Under the pieces are notes generated by a model, which did no database searches, was not told the origin of the DNA, and was given only the letters and a program-made list of their open reading frames with translations. From Escherichia phage vB_EcoM_G37-3: a stretch of 64,000 bases of DNA. The stretch lies in sequence record MK327941.1. The stretch is one strand, 5' to 3'. The position numbers and the translations under genes are program-made. Positions within the stretch are counted from its first letter, which is position 1; every line of letters starts with the position of its first letter. Positions 1-9,652 of this stretch are shown one piece after another.

Positions 1-2109
1 TTAAAATTTAACATTCTTAACCAGTTTCATAAAGTCTTGTGCGCGTTTGTCATTATGCAGAATACGATACCAGTTATCGACAATATCATACAGTAACGGG
101 CTATTCTCTTTAAACTTCGCACAAACTGCTTTAATTCGTTCGTTTGCTACCGTGAATTTTTCATCACAAATCTTTTTAGTTTCTTCGTCCATAATACAAC
201 GAGTACGAAGGAGTAACTTGGAAACCTCTTTATTATAATGACGACCGTACAGTCTGTCAATAAATTCTGGAACACAGCGTTCTAGTTCATCGTCATGAAA
301 CAACATAGTGATCACACCCAGATATTCGCCATACCCCAGATGATTGGTCTTAACCTTCTTAGCCAGACCAGCCAGCTTACCGCGAACAAATTCTAGCGCA
401 CATTCCAATTGTTCGTCAACGAGATATTTTTGTGTCTCGTTACGGGTAATAATATACTTTGTTACCCCGAAGTAGTCAAGCGCCGTGTGTAATGTATTTT
501 CATTATAGATCGATTGACGGCTACGGCTTTCGAATGCATCACCCACGCGGAACATGTGCAAGCCTGATAACTCGCGAATCTCTGCCGCTTTCATGTGATG
601 GCTGGTTTTATGCCAACTGTCACCAATCTTTTCCATAATATACACGTTAGGCAGCTTAGGAGTAGCTTCACGTTGTGTACGCTCGGTCTTCTCCGGTTTA
701 ACTGCTTTAGCACGCAGATCATCGGCCTCAGACACTTTAATCACGGTCATTTCAGAATCATCATAATACTGTTTGATGTACTCGAAAGTCTCCATATGTT
801 TTTCGTTGCGCTGACGGAACACCAGTACCTTTTTATTGATTCCGTATTCCTGGACCATGCCGTTAAGAGTCAGTGCACGCAGTTTCGGTTTATCGGTATC
901 ATCAATAAGACACGTAATATCTTCTTTATGCATCCATACAAAATGCGTAATGTTGTATTGACTGCTAACGAAAGCAGGGCGCAATTTACTGATTGTGTGA
1001 CGAGTACGATACAGAGTATACACCTGACCTTCTACGTCATTAGGCGAATCTTTACCCGCATTCACAAACTTATTATAGATTGCTACCGGATCGTCCCATT
1101 GTCCGATCTTACCCATCTTGCTAATAATATTGCGTTGCGTCGATGAATACCCGCTCATAAATTGAGCAAGTTTACGCTCTGTTTTAATGTTGGCGATCTT
1201 TTCTTTAACCTTTTCCAACATCATTTCATTGATTTCTGCAATGCGTTTTTCGATGTTCGCTTTAGTCTCAATTGACAAGTGAACTTCTTCACGCGATGGC
1301 ATAAGGTCCAGATCACCCAACTCAAAATTAATGTAAATGGTCTGGTGCTGGCGGTTTACAGCTTCTAACCATGTTCCGCGAACATATTCATACGGGATCG
1401 GATACTGGATCTTACCCATGATTGCATATACTACATAGGAATCGTTATCACGCCCATTACAAACATAATAATTATCAAAGCTAGGGAAATAATTAATTTC
1501 GATTGCATTGATATTAGGTTTGTGTTCCCCAAAATGACGCAGTACAAATTGCGCTTCTCGATGCCATGTCTGAATATCTTTTTCTTTCACCGGAATAGTG
1601 ATTTTCAGACCATTGTCTTCATAGGTCGGTTCGTCGAAAATCTGCACCATTTTCGGCATAGAGTTTTGCACAAATGCCGTAAAGCCATAAGCGCGACCAT
1701 TGTAATAGTTTACGATTGTAAAGGTGTCAGTGTAGCTATAAGCAGATTTCGCACCTAAACCAAAAGATCCGATATAATCATTAGTCTGGTCTTTTGTTGA
1801 TTCAAAGTAAACCGTAAACAGTTGTTCTAATTCTTTCTTAGACGGAATACCAGTACCATAATCGCGCACAGAAAAATACGGTTCGATTGCAGTCGGTAAA
1901 TGAATGTCAAACGGACGATCTAAGGTTCCGGCTTCTTTGTGAGTGTCGGTAGCATTGCACGAATACTCACGGACGCAAGCACGCTCACAATATTGATAAG
2001 TGTTCTTAGAAAGCACCATAAAAGCCTTGCTACTTGCTTTCAGTGAAAAATCAACCGCACCGCTCAAGTCACTGCCAAATACTTCTTCATTATCAATATG
2101 CATTTTCAT
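1..2109 (-). CDS. rIIA: rIIA protein (ATPase-like N-terminal region)
   Basis: 702-aa ORF with DYGTGIP and GSFGLGAKSAYSY motifs; ATG at 2109 behind GTGAGGA RBS; sits next to gp39 as in T4. Confidence 0.85.
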   Translation of the reverse strand: MKMHIDNEEVFGSDLSGAVDFSLKASSKAFMVLSKNTYQYCERACVREYSCNATDTHKEAGTLDRPFDIHLPTAIEPYFSVRDYGTGIPSKKELEQLFTVYFESTKDQTNDYIGSFGLGAKSAYSYTDTFTIVNYYNGRAYGFTAFVQNSMPKMVQIFDEPTYEDNGLKITIPVKEKDIQTWHREAQFVLRHFGEHKPNINAIEINYFPSFDNYYVCNGRDNDSYVVYAIMGKIQYPIPYEYVRGTWLEAVNRQHQTIYINFELGDLDLMPSREEVHLSIETKANIEKRIAEINEMMLEKVKEKIANIKTERKLAQFMSGYSSTQRNIISKMGKIGQWDDPVAIYNKFVNAGKDSPNDVEGQVYTLYRTRHTISKLRPAFVSSQYNITHFVWMHKEDITCLIDDTDKPKLRALTLNGMVQEYGINKKVLVFRQRNEKHMETFEYIKQYYDDSEMTVIKVSEADDLRAKAVKPEKTERTQREATPKLPNVYIMEKIGDSWHKTSHHMKAAEIRELSGLHMFRVGDAFESRSRQSIYNENTLHTALDYFGVTKYIITRNETQKYLVDEQLECALEFVRGKLAGLAKKVKTNHLGYGEYLGVITMLFHDDELERCVPEFIDRLYGRHYNKEVSKLLLRTRCIMDEETKKICDEKFTVANERIKAVCAKFKENSPLLYDIVDNWYRILHNDKRAQDFMKLVKNVKF

Positions 2110-2123
2110 AATATAATCCTCAC

Positions 2124-2381
2124 TTAATTAAAATCTTCTTTGTCCATCTCTGCGTAGATTACATCCCACGCCCATAAATCAATAAACGCATTATATGTCA
2201 CGGTGCAATCGTTATCAATCACTTCTTTCGCATATTTCTTGATGTTTTCGTAGGAAACTTGCGGATTAATTTTGTGTTTACGAAGATGCGCATATTCATA
2301 CCTCAAACACTCCATAAACAGGTCCATCGATTTCTTTTCTCGATGACACTTGGCGATCATAAAATCAAAACTTCGACTCAT
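2124..2381 (-). CDS. hypothetical protein (85 aa)
   Basis: ORF with AGGAG RBS 6 nt upstream of ATG at 2381. Confidence 0.5.
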   Translation of the reverse strand: MSRSFDFMIAKCHREKKSMDLFMECLRYEYAHLRKHKINPQVSYENIKKYAKEVIDNDCTVTYNAFIDLWAWDVIYAEMDKEDFN

Positions 2382-2391
2382 TTTCTACTCC

Positions 2392-2586
2392 TTATACATT
2401 TTCAATCACCCATTGCAGATGGGCTTCTGCGTCAACCAGTTCAGCGCGGCTTTTCTCTAAGCACTTGCTGTATTCTTTACGTTCCCAATCAGCTATTTCG
2501 TTTTTCAAGACTTCTTCATAGTAAGCAATTACGCCTTTCAGATCGGAAACTTTACGGCTTGCCAGTTCGATGTAATGGTTACGCAT
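2392..2586 (-). CDS. hypothetical protein (64 aa)
   Basis: ORF tightly packed between neighbours on the same strand. Confidence 0.4.
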   Translation of the reverse strand: MRNHYIELASRKVSDLKGVIAYYEEVLKNEIADWERKEYSKCLEKSRAELVDAEAHLQWVIENV

Positions 2587-2782
2587 TTTGATTCTCCTTT
2601 GTTACTAGATAACGAATTTGGTCTTGCATTGCGATCAGTTCCCAGCGTGCTACTTTCATCATGGAAACCGACTCTTTGAACATAATATTAGCTTTTTCCT
2701 TATTCCCTGTCAAGTAGATTTCTGCAATTTTTTCACAAAATTTTTGAGTTTCTTCATTCTTAAACGGTTTCATATAAGTCAA
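2579..2782 (-). CDS. hypothetical protein (67 aa)
   Basis: ATG at 2782 behind AAAGGTTGA RBS and its own early promoter. Confidence 0.5.
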   Translation of the reverse strand: MTYMKPFKNEETQKFCEKIAEIYLTGNKEKANIMFKESVSMMKVARWELIAMQDQIRYLVTKENQNA

Positions 2783-2802
2783 CCTTTTGTTTTCGATGGG
2801 GA

Positions 2803-2832
2803 CATTATGATATATCCCCGATCCAGTGTCAA
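2803..2832 (-). promoter_or_regulatory. sigma70-like early promoter (PeSL-type), TTGACA-N17-CATAAT
   Basis: -35 TTGACA and -10 CATAAT on minus strand; -10 flanked by inverted repeat GGGGA/TCCCC; coordinates approximate. Confidence 0.55.
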
Positions 2833-2839
2833 CAGATTT

Positions 2840-3139
2840 TTAATCTTTTTTCAATGCATCCATTACTCGCTCTGCGATCAGTTCTCGTAAGCACTGATAA
2901 CCATGATATTTGATGGCAATGTCACGCAGATCATTAACCAGTTCCCGTACTTCATGGTCTTTCAGATCGTCTCTGTATTTCGATTTAACCGTGTCTTTAG
3001 GTGGATTGTGGATAACCTGAAAACCTTGTTCTGCAATCAATGCGGCTTCGCGCTGGCGTTCATGCTGTACTGTATTTTTGATCAGGTCTGCTTCCATGAA
3101 CTTTGCCATACTCATCATCATGTTATTCTTTTTGCTCAT
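2840..3139 (-). CDS. hypothetical protein (99 aa)
   Basis: Internal ATG at 3139 behind GAGGA RBS; track start lacks an RBS. Confidence 0.5.
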   Translation of the reverse strand: MSKKNNMMMSMAKFMEADLIKNTVQHERQREAALIAEQGFQVIHNPPKDTVKSKYRDDLKDHEVRELVNDLRDIAIKYHGYQCLRELIAERVMDALKKD

Positions 3140-3173
3140 CGTTAAATCCTCATAAAAGAAAAGGGAGACTCCC

Positions 3174-3201
3174 ATTATAGAGAATCTCCCTTGTATGTCA
3201 A
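3174..3201 (-). promoter_or_regulatory. sigma70-like early promoter (PeSL-type), TTGACA-N16-TATAAT
   Basis: -35/-10 on minus strand with GGGAGA/TCTCCC inverted repeat around -10; approximate. Confidence 0.55.
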
Positions 3202-3761
3202 CTAAAATTTAAAGATGCAAACTCCCCGTGATGAATTTTTGCATATTCATCATATGCTCTAGCGGCTTCCTCCTGAGTAGCAAACGATCCTATGTATTTT
3301 CTGTATCCGTTTATCCTTATTTGTGCTTGCCACGGTCTTTTGCTAGATCCTTTGCGATGAGTAACACCATTATATATGCTCGTGCACCCGTCCATTTTCT
3401 TTTTATTGTACATGTTTTGTTGTTGTGTTGCCTCCCGTAAATTTGGTGGATTGTTGTTTTCTGGATTCCCGTCTATGTGGTCTATTACCTTAACCTGTGT
3501 TCCATATTCAAGAAACCAGACAATTCTATGTACAAGATATGTAGATGTTCTCTTTTTAACCTTATTGTAAACATCTATTGCCAAATGACCGTAATTTAAC
3601 TTTTTTGTTTTTACTTTATCACCGACTTGGTAGAAATATCCCTCTGGTAGACCATTAAAAGACGGACTATTTGTTTTGTGATATAGAACACCTTCCGTGT
3701 GTTCAAATCTGCGTTTTAATTCCTCTTGAATTTCAGTATTCCAAAATTTCGCACTTTTCAT
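3198..3761 (-). CDS. HNH homing endonuclease with C-terminal AP2 DNA-binding domain
   Basis: HNH motif HIDGNPENNNPPNL; AP2-like YNGVTHRKGSSKRPWQAQIRINGYRKYIGSFATQEEAARAYDEYA; directly downstream of gp39. Confidence 0.8.
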   Translation of the reverse strand: MKSAKFWNTEIQEELKRRFEHTEGVLYHKTNSPSFNGLPEGYFYQVGDKVKTKKLNYGHLAIDVYNKVKKRTSTYLVHRIVWFLEYGTQVKVIDHIDGNPENNNPPNLREATQQQNMYNKKKMDGCTSIYNGVTHRKGSSKRPWQAQIRINGYRKYIGSFATQEEAARAYDEYAKIHHGEFASLNFS

Positions 3762-3762
3762 A

Positions 3763-5586
3763 TTATGACGCCATCCATGCCTTCCTCATGTCTGAATCTT
3801 CGCTATAGAGCAAATCGAATAGCTCTTTATAGTTTTCCGGTAACGTGATGATCTCCATGACAGGATCGTTGATCACGCGATGATAATCTGATTCTGTGAG
3901 CGATGCTAAACCTTTGATATATCGAATGTTGTAACCTTTGATATTATCTCGGTCGTTCTCGAAATCTTCTAGGTCATAATACCATCGAACATCATCACCT
4001 TTCTTTGGTTCCGCAATGATAATAGGTGTTTTGATAAACCGGATTCGTCCATCTTCGAACAATTCAGGCCAACGTGCAAAGAAAGAGATCAGACTAGGTT
4101 TAATAGACCCGATCCCGTCAGTATCAGCGTCGGTCATAATCGCAATATTTTTGTATTGCATAACTTCCAATGCATCAACACCAAATTGCAAGCCAGTGAT
4201 CGCCATGATGTTAAAAATTTCGGCGTTCTTAACGATCTTTGCCTCCGGTTGTTCCCACGTTGTAAGAGTTTTGCCTCGCAACGGGAAACCTCCATGTAAA
4301 TCTTGATCACGTACAGAGATCAGATAGTTGATCGCGGAATCACCTTCCGTCAAAAACAGGGTAGTTTCTGCGTCAGTTCCAATAAGGTTAGCTTTAACGT
4401 GTTTTGCCACCTTAGCCCGTTTCGCTGCCTTTGCTGCCTTAGTCGCTGCCGCTTTATCTGCTGCCTCTTTGCGTGCCAGGACTACAGCAATAATAGGCAT
4501 GATAATGTTTTCTTTCTTAGCAATGACTTTAGCCAGCTTTTTAAAATCAAGATCAATATGACGCTTGATATCACCAGTCGGGTTAGTCAAGCGTTCTTTT
4601 GTCTGTGAATCAAAACGAAGGTTAGGCAATTCACGAACAATAAGAATACAGGTCAATCCAGACTTAACCGCAGCTTTAGTAACATCAACCTTATATTCTT
4701 TCTTGATTCGTTTTACAATCTCTTCACAAAGATCATCTGTCACATAATCAACGTGTGTTCCCCCGTTTTTGGTAAACAGACCGTTAGCAAAGGATACTGA
4801 TTTAAAACCTTCTCCCTCGACCGCAGGAACTAGGGCAAGTGAAAAGTTTTTATCTTCAATGACAAACGGATCATCATTGTATAGTTTAGCATAATCCTTG
4901 AACTTGCTGGTTATCTTTTTGCCATTAAACTTAAACGTGATCTTAGGAAAGATTACACTCAATGAATACATTCGATCGCAAATCACATCTGAAATTTCTT
5001 GTGACATGATCATACCTTCAAAATGATCGAAATCGGGGCAGAACGTAACCTTAGTTCCTTTCAGTTTTGACGGCTTAGATGACCAGCTAATATTTTCTGC
5101 ACCATTGGTACATTGAACGGTCAGTTCATTCTCTCCGTCACACGTCACACCAGTAAACCAGGACGAGAAAAATGATGTGAGCGCGCTTCCGATCCCATTC
5201 ATACCCATAGTAACACGATTTGTATCATCAAAGTTAGACCCTGCTTTAGCTCGTGTCCATGCAGCAACTGGTTGTGGAATCTGTTTCCCTTCTGGCGTCG
5301 TAACAATATGTTGCGGAATACCGCGACCATTATCTGTTACTGACACAATGTTATCTTTTATATCCACACTAATAACATTAGCGTACTCAAAATTCGTGCG
5401 GATCGCCTCGTCTACAGAGTTGTCGATAATTTCATCAATAATTTTAACTAGACCAGGAACATATGACACTTTGGTCCATTTTCCAAATAGGAAACGATTA
5501 TGTGATTCATAAGTCGTTGACCCGATGTACATTGAAGGTCTCTTAAGACAGTGAGCGCGATCATCTAACAGTAAAAATTCACTCAT
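3763..5586 (-). CDS. 39: DNA topoisomerase II large subunit gp39, unsplit (covers T4 gp39 plus gp60)
   Basis: 607-aa ORF; GHKL ATPase motifs IIDNSVDE, DNGRGIP, GGTHVDY, TOPRIM-like LFLTEGDSA; T4 has this split into genes 39 and 60. Confidence 0.9.
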   Translation of the reverse strand: MSEFLLLDDRAHCLKRPSMYIGSTTYESHNRFLFGKWTKVSYVPGLVKIIDEIIDNSVDEAIRTNFEYANVISVDIKDNIVSVTDNGRGIPQHIVTTPEGKQIPQPVAAWTRAKAGSNFDDTNRVTMGMNGIGSALTSFFSSWFTGVTCDGENELTVQCTNGAENISWSSKPSKLKGTKVTFCPDFDHFEGMIMSQEISDVICDRMYSLSVIFPKITFKFNGKKITSKFKDYAKLYNDDPFVIEDKNFSLALVPAVEGEGFKSVSFANGLFTKNGGTHVDYVTDDLCEEIVKRIKKEYKVDVTKAAVKSGLTCILIVRELPNLRFDSQTKERLTNPTGDIKRHIDLDFKKLAKVIAKKENIIMPIIAVVLARKEAADKAAATKAAKAAKRAKVAKHVKANLIGTDAETTLFLTEGDSAINYLISVRDQDLHGGFPLRGKTLTTWEQPEAKIVKNAEIFNIMAITGLQFGVDALEVMQYKNIAIMTDADTDGIGSIKPSLISFFARWPELFEDGRIRFIKTPIIIAEPKKGDDVRWYYDLEDFENDRDNIKGYNIRYIKGLASLTESDYHRVINDPVMEIITLPENYKELFDLLYSEDSDMRKAWMAS

Positions 5587-5685
5587 TATTAAACCTCTTC
5601 ATAACATAACCATAACTTACTGCAACCGCCACAAAGACGGCTGCAACAATCATATTAAAAATTGAGTGATTGTCAAGTATATGAC

Positions 5686-5859
5686 TCATGACACGCGCAC
5701 ATTTTTATCATAGTACCCGCCATTAATCCCGCGCGGGGCAGTTAATCCCTGTTTGCATTCTTTACCACATTCAGGGCATTCTGCCTTTTCACGTTCGGAA
5801 ATTTTGCGGATTTTCTGAAATTGACCGTGTTCTTCACAAGAATAATCATATAATGGCAT
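5686..5859 (-). CDS. FmdB-family zinc-ribbon protein (57 aa)
   Basis: MPLYDYSCEEHGQF...CPECG pattern; ATG at 5859 behind AAAGGGGA RBS, just after dexA stop. Confidence 0.5.
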   Translation of the reverse strand: MPLYDYSCEEHGQFQKIRKISEREKAECPECGKECKQGLTAPRGINGGYYDKNVRVS

Positions 5860-5860
5860 A

Positions 5861-6529
5861 TTATCCCCTTTGTTTCTTAACTGAATTTGGATCTGGATTT
5901 TCTGGCAAGTCTTCCAGACCCATAGCATAACGTTGTGCATAGATTAGCATAAGAATATCGCGAGCGCAATCATGAATTGCATCATGTGCGATAAAACCAT
6001 CTAGCGTACCCATTGGTAACGGACACTCACACATCCCGCGATGCATCAATGTACGCTCAATGGCGGTGCGAACATCTCGGATATTCCAGAATCGCACAGG
6101 TTCAAGGCTGAACGTCTCTCGTGTATTGTGTGCACGGCGGATCATATCAACTAGTAACGGAATATCAAACGCATTACCGCGTGACCACAATACGGATTTA
6201 ACCGGATCTACTCCTACGGCTTCACAGAATGCGTTAAAACGCGCTAAACCTTCTTTAGTTGATACTTCCGTACCATTTGTGATTAATTGCTTTCTCATGC
6301 CTTCTGAGGCGGTATTCTTCCACCATTCAACCACACCATGATCAAACACCCTTACACCTTTCTGAGAAGGAATATCAAATTTTACCAGAAAGGAATTGTC
6401 AACCAGTTCTTTAAATGTAGGTGGATTGTGCGGATCTTCTTTAAATCCGATTGCCGCCATATTGATAACCGCCCCATCAGGCGGATAACCTAAACTTTCA
6501 AAGTCAATCATTAAATCCACTGGAAGCAT
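5861..6529 (-). CDS. dexA: exonuclease A DexA (DEDD 3'-5' exonuclease)
   Basis: N-terminus MLPVDLMIDFESLGY matches T4 DexA; ATG at 6529 behind GGAGGA RBS; the first 24 codons of the track ORF are rejected as extension. Confidence 0.85.
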   Translation of the reverse strand: MLPVDLMIDFESLGYPPDGAVINMAAIGFKEDPHNPPTFKELVDNSFLVKFDIPSQKGVRVFDHGVVEWWKNTASEGMRKQLITNGTEVSTKEGLARFNAFCEAVGVDPVKSVLWSRGNAFDIPLLVDMIRRAHNTRETFSLEPVRFWNIRDVRTAIERTLMHRGMCECPLPMGTLDGFIAHDAIHDCARDILMLIYAQRYAMGLEDLPENPDPNSVKKQRG

Positions 6530-6530
6530 T

Positions 6531-6773
6531 TTAAATATCCTCCGCGATATGCCGGAACAACTCCAGATCGTTTTTATCCAGAATGAAACCGCTACAATCA
6601 ATAATCCCGTTACCGTAATTATCGGTTAACAGTCGTTCCGTTGCCATGTATGCGCGTACTTTGTTGTTAAAATTCATTACATGTTGTGCATAGTCACAAT
6701 GAATCTTTTGACGGTTCCACGCGACAATTGATTGTAGATGTATTACATTAGCCACATTATTAATAACAACCAT
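6531..6773 (-). CDS. hypothetical protein (80 aa)
   Basis: ATG at 6773 behind GAGGG RBS; track start is GTG without RBS. Confidence 0.45.
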   Translation of the reverse strand: MVVINNVANVIHLQSIVAWNRQKIHCDYAQHVMNFNNKVRAYMATERLLTDNYGNGIIDCSGFILDKNDLELFRHIAEDI

Positions 6774-6774
6774 A

Positions 6775-6951
6775 TCAAAACCCTCGCTTAGTGGAATGTT
6801 CTGGCATTTTATTGATACATTCAGCTTGGTAGTCACGAGATTTTTTTGACGAATTAAGAGCTACAGCCAAAAAATCCTGTAACTGTTCGTTTGTCATTTT
6901 TGGCTTACACCGCGTATCTAAACCCTTCGTTCTTCTAGCTTCATTAGCCAT
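6775..6951 (-). CDS. small protein (58 aa), tandem paralog A
   Basis: Below ORF-track cutoff; C-terminus YQAECINKMPEHSTKRGF; TGATATG junction to next gene. Confidence 0.4.
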   Translation of the reverse strand: MANEARRTKGLDTRCKPKMTNEQLQDFLAVALNSSKKSRDYQAECINKMPEHSTKRGF

Positions 6952-6952
6952 A

Positions 6953-7120
6953 TCAAAAACCTCGCTTAGTGAAATGCTCGATCATTTTATTGATACATGC
7001 AGCTTCACTATCGCCGGACACGTTCCAGCCGTATAGACCCCATCTAAAGCACATGGTAACAGTTCCATTGTGACGGCTTACCGTCACATCATTAAATTCT
7101 GGGATACTTCGCATAATCAT
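6953..7120 (-). CDS. small protein (55 aa), tandem paralog B
   Basis: Below ORF-track cutoff; C-terminus AACINKMIEHFTKRGF shared with paralog A; GAGGA RBS overlaps dda stop. Confidence 0.4.
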   Translation of the reverse strand: MIMRSIPEFNDVTVSRHNGTVTMCFRWGLYGWNVSGDSEAACINKMIEHFTKRGF

Positions 7121-7130
7121 AATAATTTCC

Positions 7131-8522
7131 TCAAATATAGTCTACTCGATACCTCGCACGGGTAACACCCACATATAATAACTGCATTGCCAATTCAAAG
7201 TCAACATTGTCTGTACACATGCAAGGAGTATACAGGAACACGCGGTCTACGCTGATCCCTTGTGACTTATGAATGGTGCAAGCTGGTAATGCTTTTACAT
7301 TCAAGAACATACGCTTCATCGTCCAGAATGAATCCCAATCTGGTTTAAATTTTGGATTCTCTTTCTTCATTTCGCGATATTGTCCGGCGACCGTATTCAG
7401 ATAGATAGAGAAAATGTTCTTCTGACGTTGTTCTGTCAGAATGTTGATTTCTACCAAATCCGGTTTATCTGTAGTGATTCCGACTGCATCTAAACCGACT
7501 TTCTGATTTAGGATTTCTTTGTCTTCGTCATCATCGACGCTTTCCACTTTCAGAGTATAGCCTAAAACTGGTTGCGGATCTACCCCCGTGCAACGTAATG
7601 TAAATTCACGCGGGATGACCTCTTTAACTCGGATCATCTCACCATTGTTAAAAATAACATTGGGAATCTTCTTCCCGCGTTCATCTCGCAGATATTCGAT
7701 CAATGGTTCCTGAGTAACCAGAATTTCATCTACAATCACTGGTTCATCGGTGTTATAAACGCGCTTACGTACAATTTCATTGAGTTTTTCGACGCTCTTG
7801 TTAGTGTAGGCCAGAATACGGTTTTCTAGAAGGTCTTCCGGCGTTTTAACGGTTTCGAAATAATGCTTCATAAACTCCGGCAGAGTTGAGCTATGGAATA
7901 CACCCTCGTTACCGCACTGCTTTTCGAATACCCATTTACCATTACGGACAGCGGTCGCCACATCAATTATTGGCGCATTAGATCGTTTAATCTCTGTAAG
8001 TTCTACATTCTGAAACCTTTCATCGGTGAAGAAAGGAGAGATCGACGTTGCACCGCTCGGATCAACTGGTCGTAACTGGTACAGATCACCCACGGCAATA
8101 ATAACAATTCGACCGTTGATACTCTTCATGAGAATATCAAATAGTTTCTTATCGACCATACTCGCTTCATCAACAATGATGATCTGAACATCATCTAGCT
8201 TAGGAGTATCTTTTTGTTCAAATACTTGAGTATCTTCATAGTTGGTCGGGTTAAGACGCAATAAAGCATGTAAAGTAAATGCTTGACGACCTACCGCCTT
8301 ACTCAAAACTTTTTTAGCCTGGTGGGTAGGCGTTGCCAAAACCACACCAGTTACACCACGGCGGACCATTTCCTGAACAATGAATTTCATCATTGCGGTT
8401 TTACCAGTACCCGCCGCACCCCGGACAGTTGTATGCTTCTTTTGTTCAATGCGTTTCATTAGAACATCAAAAGCATGTTTTTGCCCGTCTGTTAACATAT
8501 CGAAAGTTAATACTCTGCTCAT
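7131..8522 (-). CDS. dda: Dda DNA helicase (SF1)
   Basis: 463-aa ORF; Walker A GAAGTGKT; N-terminus aligns with T4 Dda. Confidence 0.9.
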   Translation of the reverse strand: MSRVLTFDMLTDGQKHAFDVLMKRIEQKKHTTVRGAAGTGKTAMMKFIVQEMVRRGVTGVVLATPTHQAKKVLSKAVGRQAFTLHALLRLNPTNYEDTQVFEQKDTPKLDDVQIIIVDEASMVDKKLFDILMKSINGRIVIIAVGDLYQLRPVDPSGATSISPFFTDERFQNVELTEIKRSNAPIIDVATAVRNGKWVFEKQCGNEGVFHSSTLPEFMKHYFETVKTPEDLLENRILAYTNKSVEKLNEIVRKRVYNTDEPVIVDEILVTQEPLIEYLRDERGKKIPNVIFNNGEMIRVKEVIPREFTLRCTGVDPQPVLGYTLKVESVDDDEDKEILNQKVGLDAVGITTDKPDLVEINILTEQRQKNIFSIYLNTVAGQYREMKKENPKFKPDWDSFWTMKRMFLNVKALPACTIHKSQGISVDRVFLYTPCMCTDNVDFELAMQLLYVGVTRARYRVDYI

Positions 8523-8836
8523 TATCCTAAAATCCTCACCTTGCGAACACAGATAGTATTGAGTTCTCGCCGTACCCGTTCTTTTTCATATTCAGGAATT
8601 TTATATTCGATACCATCCCGAACAATTTCAGAAGACCGGATTATGCCAAATTTTCGTTTAGGTACAACCTTGTATTTCGGTTCACCCGCCAATAGACTCT
8701 CACAATAATCTATCTGATCACACATTGACGCTAACGCAGCATCATGTGTTTCGCAAGTTAGGACGCGACCCTTCGCGTCCACTGAGTATTGAAAGAATCC
8801 GTCTTTATCACGATAACATACAGCAAATACATGCAT
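8522..8836 (-). CDS. hypothetical protein (104 aa)
   Basis: ORF whose stop overlaps dda start. Confidence 0.5.
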   Translation of the reverse strand: MHVFAVCYRDKDGFFQYSVDAKGRVLTCETHDAALASMCDQIDYCESLLAGEPKYKVVPKRKFGIIRSSEIVRDGIEYKIPEYEKERVRRELNTICVRKVRILG

Positions 8837-9591
8837 TATAAACCTACCTTCGCTTTCATCAATTCAATCCACGACGCATCAATCGGAAGCCCGTATTTCA
8901 CGCGTTCTTTTTGTGCTGGCGTTAAGTTCTCATACTTAGAAAGAGATTCAATCAAAACGCTGGTATATTTTAGCACGATTTCGGTATTGTTTGCAATAGC
9001 CTTAAGTTTTTCTTCTTTCTTGTTGATTTCGCTAAGGGCTTGCTTGAGATCTGCAATTTTCTGATAACGTTCTTCCATACGGAAGAGAGTATTTTTAATC
9101 GCTCGCTCGGCTGCCTCTGCTTTCTCCGGTTCGTTGTGCTTTTTATGGCGCTCGATTGCTAATTTCTTTTCTTCGATTGCCATTTCCTGATTTTTGATGC
9201 GATTCTCGTTAAGTTCGATCCACTCGATGTACTTCGCACGTAGGGCAATTTCATCATCAGAAAGTTTACCGTTAGTTCCTAGTTCCTGGATCTCTTTAAG
9301 AGATTCGATAGTGTGATTGCCACGGAAAGAATTATATTTCAGTTTAACCGGAATTACATTGCCATCAACATATCCCAGATTGCAATCAATGCGCTCTAAG
9401 GAGAGTCCGTCATCACCTTCACCGAAAGCCTCACCGGAATAGACGCAATGAGTCTGTCGGTAAATGTTACGCACAGTGACTAAGCTCATAGAGAAGTCTT
9501 TGTTGCGACGTGAAGCACCAGCCATGATAGAGTTCAGACGGAAAACAACCAGAGCCAATTCTTCGTTAGATTTAAAAGCAAACAGTTTCAT
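8836..9591 (-). CDS. hypothetical coiled-coil protein (251 aa); at the T4 srd position
   Basis: ATG at 9591 behind AAGGAGAATCAATT leader; Srd assignment is positional only. Confidence 0.45.
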   Translation of the reverse strand: MKLFAFKSNEELALVVFRLNSIMAGASRRNKDFSMSLVTVRNIYRQTHCVYSGEAFGEGDDGLSLERIDCNLGYVDGNVIPVKLKYNSFRGNHTIESLKEIQELGTNGKLSDDEIALRAKYIEWIELNENRIKNQEMAIEEKKLAIERHKKHNEPEKAEAAERAIKNTLFRMEERYQKIADLKQALSEINKKEEKLKAIANNTEIVLKYTSVLIESLSKYENLTPAQKERVKYGLPIDASWIELMKAKVGL

Positions 9592-9616
9592 AATTGATTC
9601 TCCTTAGTTGGTATGT

Positions 9617-9648
9617 GTGTATTATTGTCTATCTGGTTTGTGCTGTCA
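9617..9648 (-). promoter_or_regulatory. sigma70-like early promoter (PeSL-like)
   Basis: TTGACA on minus strand followed by an A/T-rich -10 candidate; approximate. Confidence 0.4.
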
Positions 9649-9652
9649 ACAC

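Noticed and set aside
595-1758. Plus-strand ORFs (595..1146, 1522..1758) inside rIIA
   Set aside because: Antisense to a well-supported 702-aa rIIA ORF; the translations are low-complexity with no motifs
5861-6601. N-terminal 24 codons of the track ORF for dexA
   Set aside because: The extension overlaps the upstream gene; the internal ATG at 6529 has a GGAGGA RBS and the DexA-like N-terminus starts there
8836-9591. Calling the 251-aa protein an HNH nuclease or definite Srd
   Set aside because: The Cys/His-containing stretch is too degenerate to call HNH, and the Srd assignment rests only on position next to dda
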